From the NCBI GenBank assembly GCA_964035545.1, contig OZ037767.1, forward strand, positions 32,354,042-32,418,041: DNA of 64,000 nt, given 5' to 3'. Below the pieces are notes generated by a model, which saw only the letters and a list, made by a program, of their open reading frames with translations, did not search any database and had not been told where the DNA came from. This stretch comes from Bugula neritina. Lineage: Eukaryota; Animalia; Bryozoa. Position 1 is the stretch's first letter; the number at the start of each line of letters is the position of its first letter. A program made the translations under genes and the position numbers. Below are positions 46,286 to 59,512 of the stretch, piece after piece.

Positions 46286-49200
46286 AGTGCTTTAAATATT
46301 TGTTTTTGTTTTGGAAATTTTTTAAAAGTTCTTAAACTTGTTCATTGAGCTAATACATATAAAACACTATAAATTAAGCTCATGAATTACAACCACGTTC
46401 AGTGCCAGTAAGATGCGCAGAATAAAACGTGTCCATCATTGAAACTACAATTAAATTAGGTTTCTGTTGGTAATCGAATAAAAATTGCTCAATTAAACAA
46501 TTCATTTATAATTTTTATTATAAATCTTTAGTGAAAACATGTAACAAAGGGCCAAAAACTGGGTGAAATCATCCGCAACTACCCTCTGTAAACATAATAT
46601 AGTAATATGAGGCACGCCTCCTACCGATAAGGAGCATGATGGTTGACAACGCCCTAAAATCGCCGCTCTCATATCGATCATCTCAGGGCTGAGGCTGACA
46701 AGAGCTTTTACAATAGGCTGTTTTAACTTTTATTAGAAACATGTTTGACAATTTTTGAATGAAATTAACAGCTACAACTTTTAAAACAAAATAAAACGAC
46801 AGAAAAGCAGCTATGTGTTAAGGTAGTGTTAATCAACAGTGGATTTCATAGCTAATAGGAGCAGATATAGGTCAACTGAGTTCACTTAACTGCCTAGCAC
46901 TGGAAGTTTTACTAATTCCAAGGGTTGGTAGTAAAGGTTAGACAACTTTAACTTAATGAAAGGAAGAGTAAATATTGTTGCAGTAAACAATTCATTTAGA
47001 CGCAAACCTGAACTGATGAAAAGTTTTGATGAATGAAACACAGAGAGAAGACAACTTCTACAAGTTGGCTTGTGAGCATCGCATGGATATAAAACTGGTC
47101 TTGATATCAAGGTATAGCTTCTATCTGCATGTGGTTAAACACAACTACAAAACAGACAAGAAATATTCTAAACTACCTTGATATATAAAACGTTTCATTT
47201 TAATTAGCTAATAGTAAATGTTTGCAGATCGAGCTGGGATTCTAGTCTAAAGACTTTAAGTGATTAACTTGAACAAATCCACAGGACTTGGAGTTAACAA
47301 GGCTAAAATTACGAATAAAAGATAAAATTCTTACTACTTCAAACAGAAATAGATAAACAAGAATTATGAACATTAGAATACAAGAAGTACAAAATAATGA
47401 GTTGCTTAACATCATTTAAAATTGGTAAAATTGAAAACAGAGAAAATTATCGTAAATAATAAATACCTAATTATGTCCAAGATGGGGCTCTCAGAATTGA
47501 CCACAGTTGGCTAGGTCCTATCTTCCTGGTGAAAACCATATGTTCTCTAATGTGTGAATATCTGAGCTGCTCGGAGTGATTCTAAAAAACAAAACACATT
47601 TGATAAATTAAAATTGTTGAATAAATGATGACAGATATATATGAGTCATCTCATAGGTCCTAAAATCTAGAGTATTGAAAATTGTATCATGATAGAATCA
47701 ACATAGTCTACAGAACCAGGAAAGAAACATCTTTGAACAAGAAATATAACTTGTTTTTTATAGTTACAGCAGTTGAAACTGAATTTATTCCACTTAAACT
47801 TTTCAATTTCGAACCATGATTATGACCATGATGAGTATGTAACCGAAATAAAGTCAAACAAAATAAATCATTCAGCATAAGTTGAACATTATTATAGCGA
47901 GAAAAACATTAAAATATTAGATTTCAATTACACTATTATTCTTAGTATTGATTTTGTAGTTCAGTTCAACAGACCAGAGTAGAACAGGGTAAAAGTTACG
48001 TCAAAGTCAAGCCAATTTGAAGCAAAGCTAAATTGAAATTTATTATAAGCCTTGCAGTTGCATTTACTCAAATGACTGCAGAATCAAATTGACTAGAAAT
48101 GGGTAGCAGTCTATCAATTAAATAAAATAATCAATGTGAATTCCAAGCCTATGAATAAATACAGATCAACAATCAGTAAACTAAAAGATAACGTTGATAA
48201 AAAGTTATTAAATGGCATGGTAAATAATTGTTTACCTTGGTAAGATGACCAAACAGTTTCATGCAGTTGCACAACCATTCACTATGAAAAGCAATTTACT
48301 ACAATGACAGTGCAGCAGACGTGCTCAGTCATCCGTAACCAATCACTGCTCAGTCGTCTGTAACTGATCACGTGATTATTGGGGCATGCGCTACATATCT
48401 CATGACTCACTTCCAATAGTGTGTTAGCAATTCAGTGCAATCTGTATGCAGCAAAAAGAGCAATACTAACTTTGGTGCCTAAAATTCTATGAGGCTTCAA
48501 GTTTCAGAATATAATGAAGGGAAAACAGAGATGTAGCAATCAAATACTTTTAAAAATTTGTCTTTTTTAGGCAGCATTATCAATCATGCTTAGGGCAAGA
48601 AAAATAGGAAAAGATATCACTATGCTAAATTAACCAGTAAGAAAAGAAACACAAATTCACGACACAAAGAGACATAAAGTAATTGAACAGGTAAGCTAAG
48701 AAAACTGCTTGTTCTAGAAGCCATTCAGTGTTGCAACTTGGTGTTTTGATTTTTGGAATTTTTATGGAGCTTTATCATCCTTCTAACCATTCACCATTAA
48801 ATCACTAATTTCTGTTATTGAATGCAACTAGAGAGTAGCATGAGGTTAGGGACCTACAGCAAAAGGCCAGGGTTTCGCTTGCCCTTGCTTAGTCCCAACT
48901 CTGACTACTGTTTGCAGGTAAACATTGAAATACTTGTTCACATGTGTTGGGGAGGCCATGGTCATGAATTACTAGACAATCTGTATAGCATTAGGTTTAC
49001 TATAAGATGTGTATACTGTCACTGCCTGATAAAACAACATTTGTCAATAATAATTTTAAATAGCATGATTCTTAGGATGAGGAAAATTTTTACTTAATGC
49101 AATCTCATATTTCTAAACATTTATAGTTCTCAATAATTTAAACGTATATACTGAAAATACATCAAACTTGAATGTTTGGTAAATAATAGTAAGAGAAATA

Positions 49201-50995
49201 GAAGCTATGATATAACAACAGAGAACAATTAAAGGACTGGAGAAAATAATGAGTTGAAATAATACATACCACGAACAAATACAGACGAGGATTACAGGGA
49301 TGGGAAGAATAACACAGAGAGAAAAAGAGTACAGGTTGCTGTTCCTCTGCCCATTCTGTAACACAAAAAATGGTAAATAAACTTGTTCAAAATACACTAG
49401 AAAAAAGGAAGCAATAGAAACATCACCTGTAGAATTTTTTCTATCAAATTGACAAATTTATTAGCAAATTCCAAGCATTCAGAAAACCCTCAACACTATG
49501 CTAACACTGTATAGAAGTATATATTATATCTAAAGTTTCTAACTGGTTAAATAATTGAACCAACATCAAAATTCTCTACTCGTATAATACAGATGTGTGA
49601 TATAAGTAGGAAATCTAGTAACCTAATGAGTTTAGTATAAAACAGTATAAATTTACAGCTCTAAAACCTGCATGGTAAACCAACAAGTCAAAACATCAAG
49701 GCAGACATTCACAATAAAAGTGACTTTAAAACATTAAAATTTAATTGAAGCATGAAACATGTTTTTTTTAGATAATACAGTATAGAAAATAAGTATGTTG
49801 TATAATGCATAGTAGGAGAGACTTTGACAAAATTGGCCCAAGCTAACACCCAAATGTTAGTCATTCAAAATTGGAATATTCAGCAGATTGGGGTAAAATA
49901 ATATAATTATAACATAGAAGTAAACATCAACCACCACATGTATGTATAATCAGGTTAAGTTAAGGCACATAAAACATCCAAGTCATATCGACTTACAGAG
50001 AAGTAAATTATTATATCGGTTTAGCTTCAGTGCAACTTTTATTTGTAATTCTTGAAAATACAACTTGATGAAAAGTTTGAAACTGTTTACTTGTTGAATT
50101 GTGATTAAATGCAAATTTGTGAACAATTCTTTAGATAAATAGCTTCATCAAGGAGACATGTTATACTTAATAAGTATTACCTCCATATATAGCTCTTACA
50201 GCTGACGCATGCCAAGAATAATCTAGAATGAATTTGCCGAACTTTATACCCAATTGGTTGGTTGTCTAGTAGCTGACCATGTGACCATCACACCAGTTAC
50301 TGTAATAATAAAGTAGTCTATAATTATGTGGTGTTGCATATGATGAAAAACAATGAAATAAACATAAAATTCTAAATACAGCTCCTTTATTACAACAGCA
50401 GTAGGAAAAGCCAAAAAAATGAGAAATGGAAAGATACAAAACAATCAACAATGCAATATTGCAAAGTTTTTTAAAATAAAAATGAGTATAGGCTATTTCT
50501 AACCATTTTAGTATCCAAAATCCATAATTTTGATAATTTTACATATATAGCGCATAAACATCTCTGATACAAATAATAAAACTATTTAACACTGAGTGTA
50601 AACTTTATCATATTGATTGTAACTAAAATTCACCTTTAAACTTATATCTCACTTACACAACACCAAACAATTCCATTGCTATCGCTATAATTACTATTGA
50701 ATTTAATATTCTTACATTAATAACATGTAAAAATATTTTGTTTTATGATGGAGCTAAACTCAAACCTGAAATGGAATTTTCTTTTTAAATATGATAGTAT
50801 ATACTAACTATATACATATACACTGCATAGATTTAAATATTTATTTTAGTTTTTTATATAGAAAAAGTTCAAAACGACTATAATATAATGTCTAATGAAA
50901 TAAATACCACCGATTTGTTCTTTCTACTTACATTAATTTTTAGTTTAAGAATTTTTCTATAAGTGAAGGATGTCTTCAAGGTGAAGGACATCTTT

Positions 50996-51592
50996 GTGTG
51001 TGTCAGCAATCCCTCGTGTGACGAGTATGATGTCTGCTTGCAAGCCCTAGTCTGTGCCCTGATCCGTAATCCGTTCCAGTTCGAAAATCCGTAAAATCGT
51101 ACTAGAGGTTGTGAGCTCTGAGGTGACTCACAAGCCCAATTCGAGATCGGCATAATTTGCCACAGTGAGGACAAATGTTACTAGAGTCAGTCACTGGTGG
51201 GTGTGTAACAGAGCATAACTCCCTGCTTTTCCTTAACAACCGTTTGTGCTCTCGTTTTTGGCGTTGTTGTTGTTCAAAAATCGCTGTCCCTTGATGCACA
51301 ACAGTTCTCCAATTTTTTCTGTCCAAGGCCTGAACTTCCCAGGTCTGTGGTCAAATAAAACACTGCTTAAGGCTCTCGTGTAGAGTGTCTTTATACCTTT
51401 TCCTCTGACCACCCTGTGAGCGATTTCCAGTGTTCAGCTCAGAGTACATGATCTTTTTTGGTAGCCGGTTATCATCCATTCTTACCACATGGCCAGACCA
51501 CTTCAGTTGTCTCTTCACAATCATGGTAGTAATACTTGTAGTTTGCGCTTTATCGAGGACACTGTTAGTAGTCTGCCTGTCTTGCCTTGCCC
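50996..51592 (-). mobile_element. 5'-truncated RTE-clade LINE with 74-bp target-site duplication
   Basis: RQLKWSGHVVRMDDNRLPKKIMYSEL..RSQGGQRKRYKDTL and C-terminal CPHCGKLCRSRIGLVSHLRAH; direct repeats at 50922-50995 and 51593-51666; empty site in copy A. Confidence 0.92.
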
Positions 51593-52220
51593 TTCTACTT
51601 ACATTAATTTTTAGTTTAAGAATTTTTTTATAAGTGAAGGATGTCTTCAAGGTGAAGGACATCTTTAAGGTGACAGTCTAGGACTACTCTAGTGTGTTAA
51701 CTAAATGTGAATAAGCACAGTGAAACATTTACAATAGAACTCTCATCTCTACAGACTAGTTTGAATACTTTCTTTACACACAGTGAGAACAAGGTAACAC
51801 GACAAGAATAAGGTAACACAGCAAGAAAAGAGTCACACAGCAAGAAAAAGGTGACGTACAGCAAGAATAAGGTGACACAGTCACACAGCAAAAATAAGGT
51901 AACACAGCAAGAATAAGGTCACACAGCAAGAATAAGGTGACACAGTCACACAGCAAAAATAAGGTAACACAGCAAGAATAAGGTCACACAGCAAGAATAA
52001 GGTGACACAGTCACACAGCAAGAATAAGGTGACACAGTCACACAGCAAGAATAAGGTAACACAGCAAGAATAAGGTCACACAGCAAGAAAAAGGTGAAGA
52101 ATAAAATTATGTTATACTTAGATATCTTTTACAGCATGAGTCAATGCAATTATTTTGTTCAGAGGTCTTTATATTTGAAACATTTAATTCAAAGTACATT
52201 TTACCAAAAATAAAATATAT

Positions 52221-54613
52221 TTATTTAACAAACAATTCCGTTAAGTTTTCAGGACAATCTATTGTGGGAGCAACTTCAAAGTCCATGTTCATACAGCCAA
52301 CCAGGTTGTCATTGTTTGTGGTGTCTCTCAACTCAACTTTAACAACATATCCTCCCTATAAAATGATATATAGTAATATAATAATACATGACATGTAACA
52401 GTAATATATAGCATATAATAATAACATAACAGAATAAATACAATAATTTTACTGACCTCAATAAGCCATTCAGGCATTCTTTCCTTAAAAGAAGACAAGT
52501 TTACCAGCACTTTATCCTTAGTGGCTATACGCCGGGCAGGGAAAGGACATTTGCAAGGAACATTGTACTCCTTGAAGAAAGAAGGGCAGGAGTTAGTTTT
52601 AATCCATTCTTGTAAGAGAGGGAAATCGCATGATCCTTTATATTCGCTGCACATAAAACAGACAAATATACCACTTACCATGTACAAATATACCACTTAC
52701 CATGTACAAATATACCACTTACCATATGTACCAATATACCACTTACCATGTACAAATATACCACTTACCATGTATTAGTATACCACTTACCATGTATCAG
52801 TATACCACTTACCATGTATCAGTATACCACTTACCATGTACCAATATACCACTTACCATGTATTAGTATACCACTTACCATGTACCAATATACCACTTAC
52901 CATGTATCAGTATACCACTTACCATGTACCAATATACCACTTACCATGTATTAGTATACCACTTACCATGTACCAATATACCACTTACCATGTACCAATA
53001 TACCACTTACCATGTATCAGTATAGGTACCACTTACCATGTACCAATATATCCTTCAACGCCTGCATTAGGGATAGCTCCAATATTTGTGCAAGGTATCT
53101 ACAAATAGATGTATATATGCGTAGTGCGTACCCACATTAGTCTGCAGGTATAAAGTTGCAAGCCAATATGATTGCTCACTCAACTTGTTTGAAGCAGTAT
53201 TTTTACAAACCTCCCAGAGAAAGTTACCAAGGTTTCGTTTCTTCAAATTTACATTCATTCTGACGCCATCTCCAATTTGATTGAATGTTTCCACATCTAC
53301 CGCCACGGTGATGTTATCATTAAAGTTGAATGGCATAGGGGAGATATCAATGTTGTGGAACTTAATGTATGCATCGCTAGGGCCTGATAAAAATCAATGT
53401 ATAGTGTCACTATTCCAAATATAGCACATTATTAGATTATAGCACATAATAGAATATAGCGCATATTAGAGTATAGCACATATTATAATATAGCACATAT
53501 TAGAATATAGCACATATTAAAATATAGCACATATCAGAATATAGCACATATATCAGAATATAGCATATATTAAAATATATCACATATCAGAACATAGCAC
53601 ATATCAGAATATAGCACATATTAGAACATATCACATATCAGAATATAGCACATATTAGAACATATCACATATCAGAATATAGCACATATCAGAATATAGC
53701 ACATATTAGAACATATCACATATCAGAATATAGCACATATTAGAATATAGCACATATTAGAATATAGCACATATCAGAATATAGCACATATTAGAATATA
53801 GCACATATCAGAATATAGCACATATCAGAATATAGCACATATTAGAATATATCACATATCAGAATATAGCACATATATCAGAATATAGCATATATTAAAA
53901 TATATCACATATCAGAACATAGCACATATCAGAATATAGCACATATTAGAACATATCACATATCAGAATATAGCACATATTAGAACATATCACATATCAG
54001 AATATAGCACATATTAGAATATAGCACATATTAGAATATAGCACATATCAGAATATAGCACATATTAGAATATAGCACATATCAGAATATAGCACATATC
54101 AGAATATAGCACATATTAGAATATATCACATATTAGAATATATCACATATCAGAATATAGCACATATTAGAATATAGCACATATCAGAATATAGCACATA
54201 TTAGAATATAGCACATATCAGAATATAGCACATATCAGAATATAGCGCATATTAGAATATATCACATATCAGAATATAGCACATATTAGAATATAGCACA
54301 TATCAGAATATAGCACATATCAGAATATAGCACATATTAGAATATATCACATATCAGAATATAGCACATATTAGAATATAGCACATATCAGAATATAGCA
54401 CATATCAGAATATAGCACATATTAGAATATATCACATATCAGAATATAGCACATATCAGAATATAGCACATATCAGAATATAGCACATATTAGAATATAA
54501 CACATATCAGAATATAGCACATATATTATAGCACACATACCACAATCTGTGACCACACTAACAGCGGAAGCTAGAGCAAAGCTCAGAACGAATGCTACAA
54601 CACGAGACAGCAT
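52221..54613 (-). CDS. GM2A: Ganglioside GM2 activator-like protein, copy B
   Basis: Same five-exon structure as copy A (ATG 54613); WEIPC..YIGTCEY; a 1-bp indel near the stop changes the C-terminus to NLTELFVK*. Confidence 0.8.
53415..54535. repeat. 17-bp minisatellite in GM2A copy B intron 1
   Basis: About 65 copies. Confidence 0.95.
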
Positions 54614-55417
54614 GGCTACTTGGCAAGTAATGGCGGAGAGAGGAATGCTAAAGGCTTTTATTTGATGGTGCAGAGTGTGTGAGAGCCTCGCCACATGACT
54701 CTTTGATAACCAGCTGATGCTCGTTCACAAACTGAAAGCTGGGTTACACACATCCTGTTAATGACCCTTGCTCTGTGTGTGTTAATACATACTTGTATAC
54801 CCCCTCCCTTCTCCCCGTGACTGAGACCTCTGTGTGCGTGCGTGTGTGCATGCGTGTGTGTCTGTGTGTCACACGAACTTGTATTAACAAATGATAGAAA
54901 CTATGTTTACTGCTATTGTACCATACTTCATTGTTAAGCAGCACAAGTGTTGATGTGCAATATAGCAATACCATAATTTAAGAAAGGTTTGTGTCTTTAG
55001 AAATGTACTAAGAGAGTCGCCCAGTCAGAACTCACAAGCAAATTTCTGCCAAAAGTGTTACACATTATATTTATTCATAGAAATACAGCATTACTACATC
55101 CACTGCAGCTTCCTTGCGGCGAAGTTCCGCCTTATGACGCATCAACCACGTGACCTGTTCTGGACGACAGGCGCAGGCGACATTCCAAGGTCACTCATAA
55201 TCCGACTGACCGACCGCGGAAAGGTAACAAAGTTTTTCACATCTAGCGATCATATTTGACCACTGCTTCTCAACTGCTCCTCTAACTTTTAAACAAGAAA
55301 TTTTCCACTCACGCTAAAGATAAATAATCAGCTCAAACATGTCAGCTAAACCGTAAAGACAATCACAATGTCAATGTGAATGTTGATTGAAAATGAAAGT
55401 GATCCGTGTGTTATACT

Positions 55418-55744
55418 TGAAACATTAAGTATAGTGAGTATATAATTACCTGAGAGTTACTCGAAGTATGTAGGCATGACATTGAAATATCGAAAGAACA
55501 ATAAAGTGGGGTCTGGCCGGCCAGGGGAAATACAAGGACCAAAAGTATAGTACTGATTTATAATTATTTTATCACAAAGTCTATCGGCGTGTTTATCTAC
55601 TGTAGGCTGACATCTTTCATCTCGTAGTCCTCGTTCGTCTTTGACCCAATATGTATTTTAATAAACAAATGCACATGACATTATAACGTAGCATCTCGCT
55701 AGTCCGTAATTAGTGATAAACAAAAGACACATAATAATATAACA
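55418..55744 (-). repeat. 3' LTR of the Gypsy element (outer end 55418 or 55409)
   Basis: Starts TGTTATA right after the PPT; ends in CA where homology to duplication copy A resumes. Confidence 0.7.
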
Positions 55745-55895
55745 TCTCCCTTCTTAAGCAGGTGACTTCCTTCTATAACATTGTGATTAAGGTTGCTGAG
55801 ATTAATAATATGATACGAGTATACATGATTAATATGGATTGGGGATTAACAATGAAACTAAATAACTATGTACAGGGTGGGAAACGGCTAATAGC

Positions 55896-56780
55896 TTATC
55901 CCATGTGGAAGTCCTTGTATTTAGCGGGGAGGACTCCACGGTTGCTTCTGGGTTGACGCTCTGGTGGTGGTGCCGCGTTCCTGAGAGGTGTTGCAGGCAG
56001 GGCAGGCATGTGGGGGGATTCATTAGGAGCATCTCCAACATCAGTATCAGCAGCATCAGCGGCACCAAGGGTCTGTGTGTTATCTGGTTTGAGGTGAACA
56101 CGATTCCTACGCACTATAGACTGACCGTTGTCAACCAAGTAGGATCTGGGGGAGTCATGCTGTTCGACAATCATTCCTGGCGACCATTCTTTGTCAGTGC
56201 TTGACCTGATTAGTGCAGGAGTCCCAGGTTCCAGATCAGCCAACGGTCGTGCATGGCGGTCATGGTACTTCTTCTGCAAGTTTTGGTTGGCTATTAGTTG
56301 TTGGCTAGCTTCAATAACAACTGGTTTAAGCGACTCGGCAGTGATTGGCAAATCACTTCTTAGGGCTCTGTTGAACAGAAGCTTAGCTGGACTGAAAGCA
56401 CAGCCAGTGATAGGAGATTGCCTGTATCTGAGTAGTGACCTGTATATATCCTCTCTTTCATCCTCACATTTTTTTAGAAAGGCTTTCATCGTTTGCACAT
56501 AACGCTCAGCCATTCCATTGGACTTAGGGTAGTGCGGACTAGATGTTACAATGGTGAAGCACCAGCTTGATGCAAAAGTCTGCATGATTCTACTGCTGAA
56601 AGGCATGTTGTCCGCCAGAATGAACACTGGCACCCCGTGTACAGCAAATATGGATTTCAATGCCAAAATCACGTCTTCAGCAGTCTTTCTCCTGAGTAAT
56701 CTCAGCTCGGGGAAGTGAGAGTAACAGTCCACAACTACCAAGTAATCATTATTCTTATAGGACAGTATATCCATAGCCAC
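55896..56780 (-). CDS. Gypsy integrase core (DDE), separated from upstream pol by one TAG
   Basis: AMDIL..YLVVVDCYSHFPE, ADNMPFSS, SSPHYPKSNGMAERYVQTMK, PRSYLV..VRRNRVHL. Confidence 0.88.
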   Translation of the reverse strand: MAMDILSYKNNDYLVVVDCYSHFPELRLLRRKTAEDVILALKSIFAVHGVPVFILADNMPFSSRIMQTFASSWCFTIVTSSPHYPKSNGMAERYVQTMKAFLKKCEDEREDIYRSLLRYRQSPITGCAFSPAKLLFNRALRSDLPITAESLKPVVIEASQQLIANQNLQKKYHDRHARPLADLEPGTPALIRSSTDKEWSPGMIVEQHDSPRSYLVDNGQSIVRRNRVHLKPDNTQTLGAADAADTDVGDAPNESPHMPALPATPLRNAAPPPERQPRSNRGVLPAKYKDFHMG

Positions 56781-56786
56781 TTTATT

Positions 56787-59495
56787 CTATGGTAGACTAG
56801 GCAGCTCATGAGACATTAACGGCTCTTTCTGTTGACGGTTGGAAAACTTAGCGCAGGTGAGGCAACTTGACACTTCATTCTGTATATCAGCAGATAGCCC
56901 AGGCCAATAGAATGATTTCCTCGCAAGCTCTCTGCATTTCTCAACGCCCAGGTGGCCCATGTGTAGCGACTTTAGAATGTGCTTCCTCTGTGACTTCGGA
57001 ACTATAAGCCGCTCTTCAACGTAAAGAAATCCATCCACATCATAGATGTCAGATCTAACATTCCAGTAGGGTTGGATTTCTGTGGGGGCCTGACTCCGTC
57101 TACTCCATGACCAACCATCTTGCAGTGCTTTTTTCAGACTGTCCATTGTCGGGTCTTCAGCATATGACTGTCTCATCTCATTCATGGTGCTATCATCGGT
57201 TTCTAAGGCATGAACCATCACAACTTCACCTTCGAGATCACACTGATCATTTGTAACGCGTTGAAGGTAGGCTCGGGATAGTGTGTCAGCAATATATAAA
57301 TACTTGCCCGGAACATATGTGAACTCAGCTATCCGGTATCTTTGTAGTCGCAGAAAGAGTCTTTGCAGCCTTGGGGATGCCTTGTGCAATGACTTGCTCA
57401 TTATCGGGACGAGAGGTTTATGATCCGTCTGTATGTGAACAGCACGTCCATAGAGGTAGCTGTGAAAGCGCTCACAGCCGAACACAACTGCTAGCAGCTC
57501 CTTATCTATTTGGGGATAGTTGCACTCAGTCTCAGTTAAGCTGCGTGAAGCGTATGCAACAGGTTTACCTTCCTGTAGTAACACTGCACCAAGTCCCGAC
57601 TTTGAAGCGTCAACTTGTAAATGCGCATCCTTGGTAACATCAAAATACTGCAAGACAGGTTCGGATGTAAGCAAGCGTTTAATTACCTGGAAGCTTTCCA
57701 TTTGTTCTTTGGACCACACCCACTGACTATCACTCTTCAGTAGCACTCTCAAGGGCTCAGTACAGGCTGACATGTTGGGTATGTAGGCTCTTAGAAAATT
57801 GAGAGTACCAATCAGTCTTTGTACTCCCTCTCGGTCTGTTGGGTCAGGCATGGCCTCAATAGCAGCTATCTTGTCTGGGTCAGGACGCAGACCATCTTTC
57901 GATACTATATGGCCTAAATAGCATACCTCCGTCTGATTCAACCGAATCTTCTTGCGATTAAACTTCACATTAGCTTCTTTGGCCTTTACCAATAGCTTTC
58001 TCAGATTGGCATCATGTTCCTGTTGTGTCTTTCCAGCTACAATGATGTCATCAAAATACACTGAGACACCAGGCAAGTCTCCAAATATTTGCTCCACCTT
58101 CTTCTCAAAGACTTCAGCACTTGAGTGAAGGCCAAATGGAAGTCTATCAAAACAGTAGCGACCATATGGGGTGTTGAACGTTGTGAGCAGACTACTCTCT
58201 TTGGTCAAGGCTACATGCCAGTATCCATGTTTCATGTCCATGATGGTGTAGTATTGCATACCATTGAATCTGAAGGCAATGTCTTCTAAAGTGGGTATCT
58301 TGTGATGTTCTCGTCTCACTGCTCTGTTCAGGTCCTTGGGGTCTAGGCATATACGAACCGACCCATCTTTCTTTTCAACGCATACCATACTACTCACCCA
58401 GTTGGTTGGTACGTCAACCTTAGATATGATTCCAGATGCCTCCATATCATCTAGTTCCTTTTTCACTTTGTCTAACATACTGAGTGGGACACGTCTTGGA
58501 TGATGAACCACAGGCTTCACATTCTCGTCAACACATATCTCGTGCTCTCCATCAAGTCTGCCAACGCCTTCAAACACCTCAGGGAACTCCTGAAGTATCG
58601 AGGTTGACAACTGATCAACTCTGCGGATCAGACCAAAAGATTCAGCAGCCTCGAGGCCAAGTATGGGAGGAAGGTCCTCATCAACCACCTCGAAGTGGAC
58701 ACTCTGGCTATGCTCCTTGTGGTTCACGGTGAGTTGAACTGCACCCACATTCTTGATCTTGGCCTTATTATAGCCGTAAAGGCATACAGAAGTGGGCTTT
58801 AGAGTAGCACCAAGTGACTGAACGGTTCTTAGGTTGATGCAATTTGTTTCAGCTCCAGTATCAATCTTAAACTGAATATCATTGGCCTTTCCTTTGTCAC
58901 TGACCTTCATCGGAAGAATCCAAGATTTCAATTTAGATTCATTAGAAAGAGCACCAACAGCACCTATGAACAAGCTATTCATTTGTTTCGCTGCAAGAGC
59001 TTTGCCTTTGCAGACTTTCTCAAAGTGATTTTTCTTCCCGCAGTTATGACATGTCTCGCCATAAGCAGGACATCTACCTTTGGCATGTGTATATCCACAA
59101 AATTTGCAATCTATGTTGTCCTTACGTGTGTTACTTCTGGTTTTATTTTGCGTAGCGCCAGGCTGACTCTGCACAGTGCTGACTGCAGCATCATTTATCT
59201 CATTGACTGTCTTCATAGTAGTATCACCGGCAGCCATCCTTGACATCTGCTGTTTGGTAATCTCAGCAGCACGGATGTCATCTAAGGCACTCTCAAGTTT
59301 AACGTTTTTGTCACGGAGTAGCCGCTCCTTCAGCTTTCCATCAGTGAGTCCAAACACAATTTTGCAGAGAAGCATTCGGTCTCCCAATTCGCCAAAATCA
59401 CATTTTGTAGCTTGAGTTTTTAGACGTTTCACAAAGGTGTCAATGGGCTCTCCATCACTCTGACTGAGAGACCAAAAAACAAACCATTCATACAA
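56787..59495 (-). CDS. Gypsy gag-pol (5'-truncated): zinc knuckles, protease, RT, RNase H, integrase Zn finger
   Basis: [18 protein letters not shown]; FKIDTGA; [23 protein letters not shown]; [17 protein letters not shown]; HMGHLG..CLTC. Confidence 0.93.
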   Translation of the reverse strand: MYEWFVFWSLSQSDGEPIDTFVKRLKTQATKCDFGELGDRMLLCKIVFGLTDGKLKERLLRDKNVKLESALDDIRAAEITKQQMSRMAAGDTTMKTVNEINDAAVSTVQSQPGATQNKTRSNTRKDNIDCKFCGYTHAKGRCPAYGETCHNCGKKNHFEKVCKGKALAAKQMNSLFIGAVGALSNESKLKSWILPMKVSDKGKANDIQFKIDTGAETNCINLRTVQSLGATLKPTSVCLYGYNKAKIKNVGAVQLTVNHKEHSQSVHFEVVDEDLPPILGLEAAESFGLIRRVDQLSTSILQEFPEVFEGVGRLDGEHEICVDENVKPVVHHPRRVPLSMLDKVKKELDDMEASGIISKVDVPTNWVSSMVCVEKKDGSVRICLDPKDLNRAVRREHHKIPTLEDIAFRFNGMQYYTIMDMKHGYWHVALTKESSLLTTFNTPYGRYCFDRLPFGLHSSAEVFEKKVEQIFGDLPGVSVYFDDIIVAGKTQQEHDANLRKLLVKAKEANVKFNRKKIRLNQTEVCYLGHIVSKDGLRPDPDKIAAIEAMPDPTDREGVQRLIGTLNFLRAYIPNMSACTEPLRVLLKSDSQWVWSKEQMESFQVIKRLLTSEPVLQYFDVTKDAHLQVDASKSGLGAVLLQEGKPVAYASRSLTETECNYPQIDKELLAVVFGCERFHSYLYGRAVHIQTDHKPLVPIMSKSLHKASPRLQRLFLRLQRYRIAEFTYVPGKYLYIADTLSRAYLQRVTNDQCDLEGEVVMVHALETDDSTMNEMRQSYAEDPTMDSLKKALQDGWSWSRRSQAPTEIQPYWNVRSDIYDVDGFLYVEERLIVPKSQRKHILKSLHMGHLGVEKCRELARKSFYWPGLSADIQNEVSSCLTCAKFSNRQQKEPLMSHELPSLP

Positions 59496-59512
59496 TACGT
59501 TACGCCGGGGAT

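Larger units (their letters stand above)
50445..55418. repeat. Segmental duplication, copy B
   Basis: Matches 28032-31385 plus an RTE insertion and longer minisatellites. Confidence 0.95.
55418..59512 (-). mobile_element. Gypsy/Ty3 LTR retrotransposon (Mag/K02A2.6-like), 5' end removed and replaced by telomere
   Basis: Fused gag-pol in order PR-RT-RH-INT; polypurine tract AAGAAGGGAGA followed by TG of the 3' LTR at 55744; no 5' LTR, PBS or gag start. Confidence 0.93.

Noticed and set aside
55418-59512. Gypsy as a telomere-maintaining or telomere-targeting element (HeT-A/TART, SART/TRAS-like)
   Set aside because: Orientation (5' end distal) fits, but it is a single LTR element with no telomeric repeats on its proximal side and it is broken mid-gag; healing explains it more simply.
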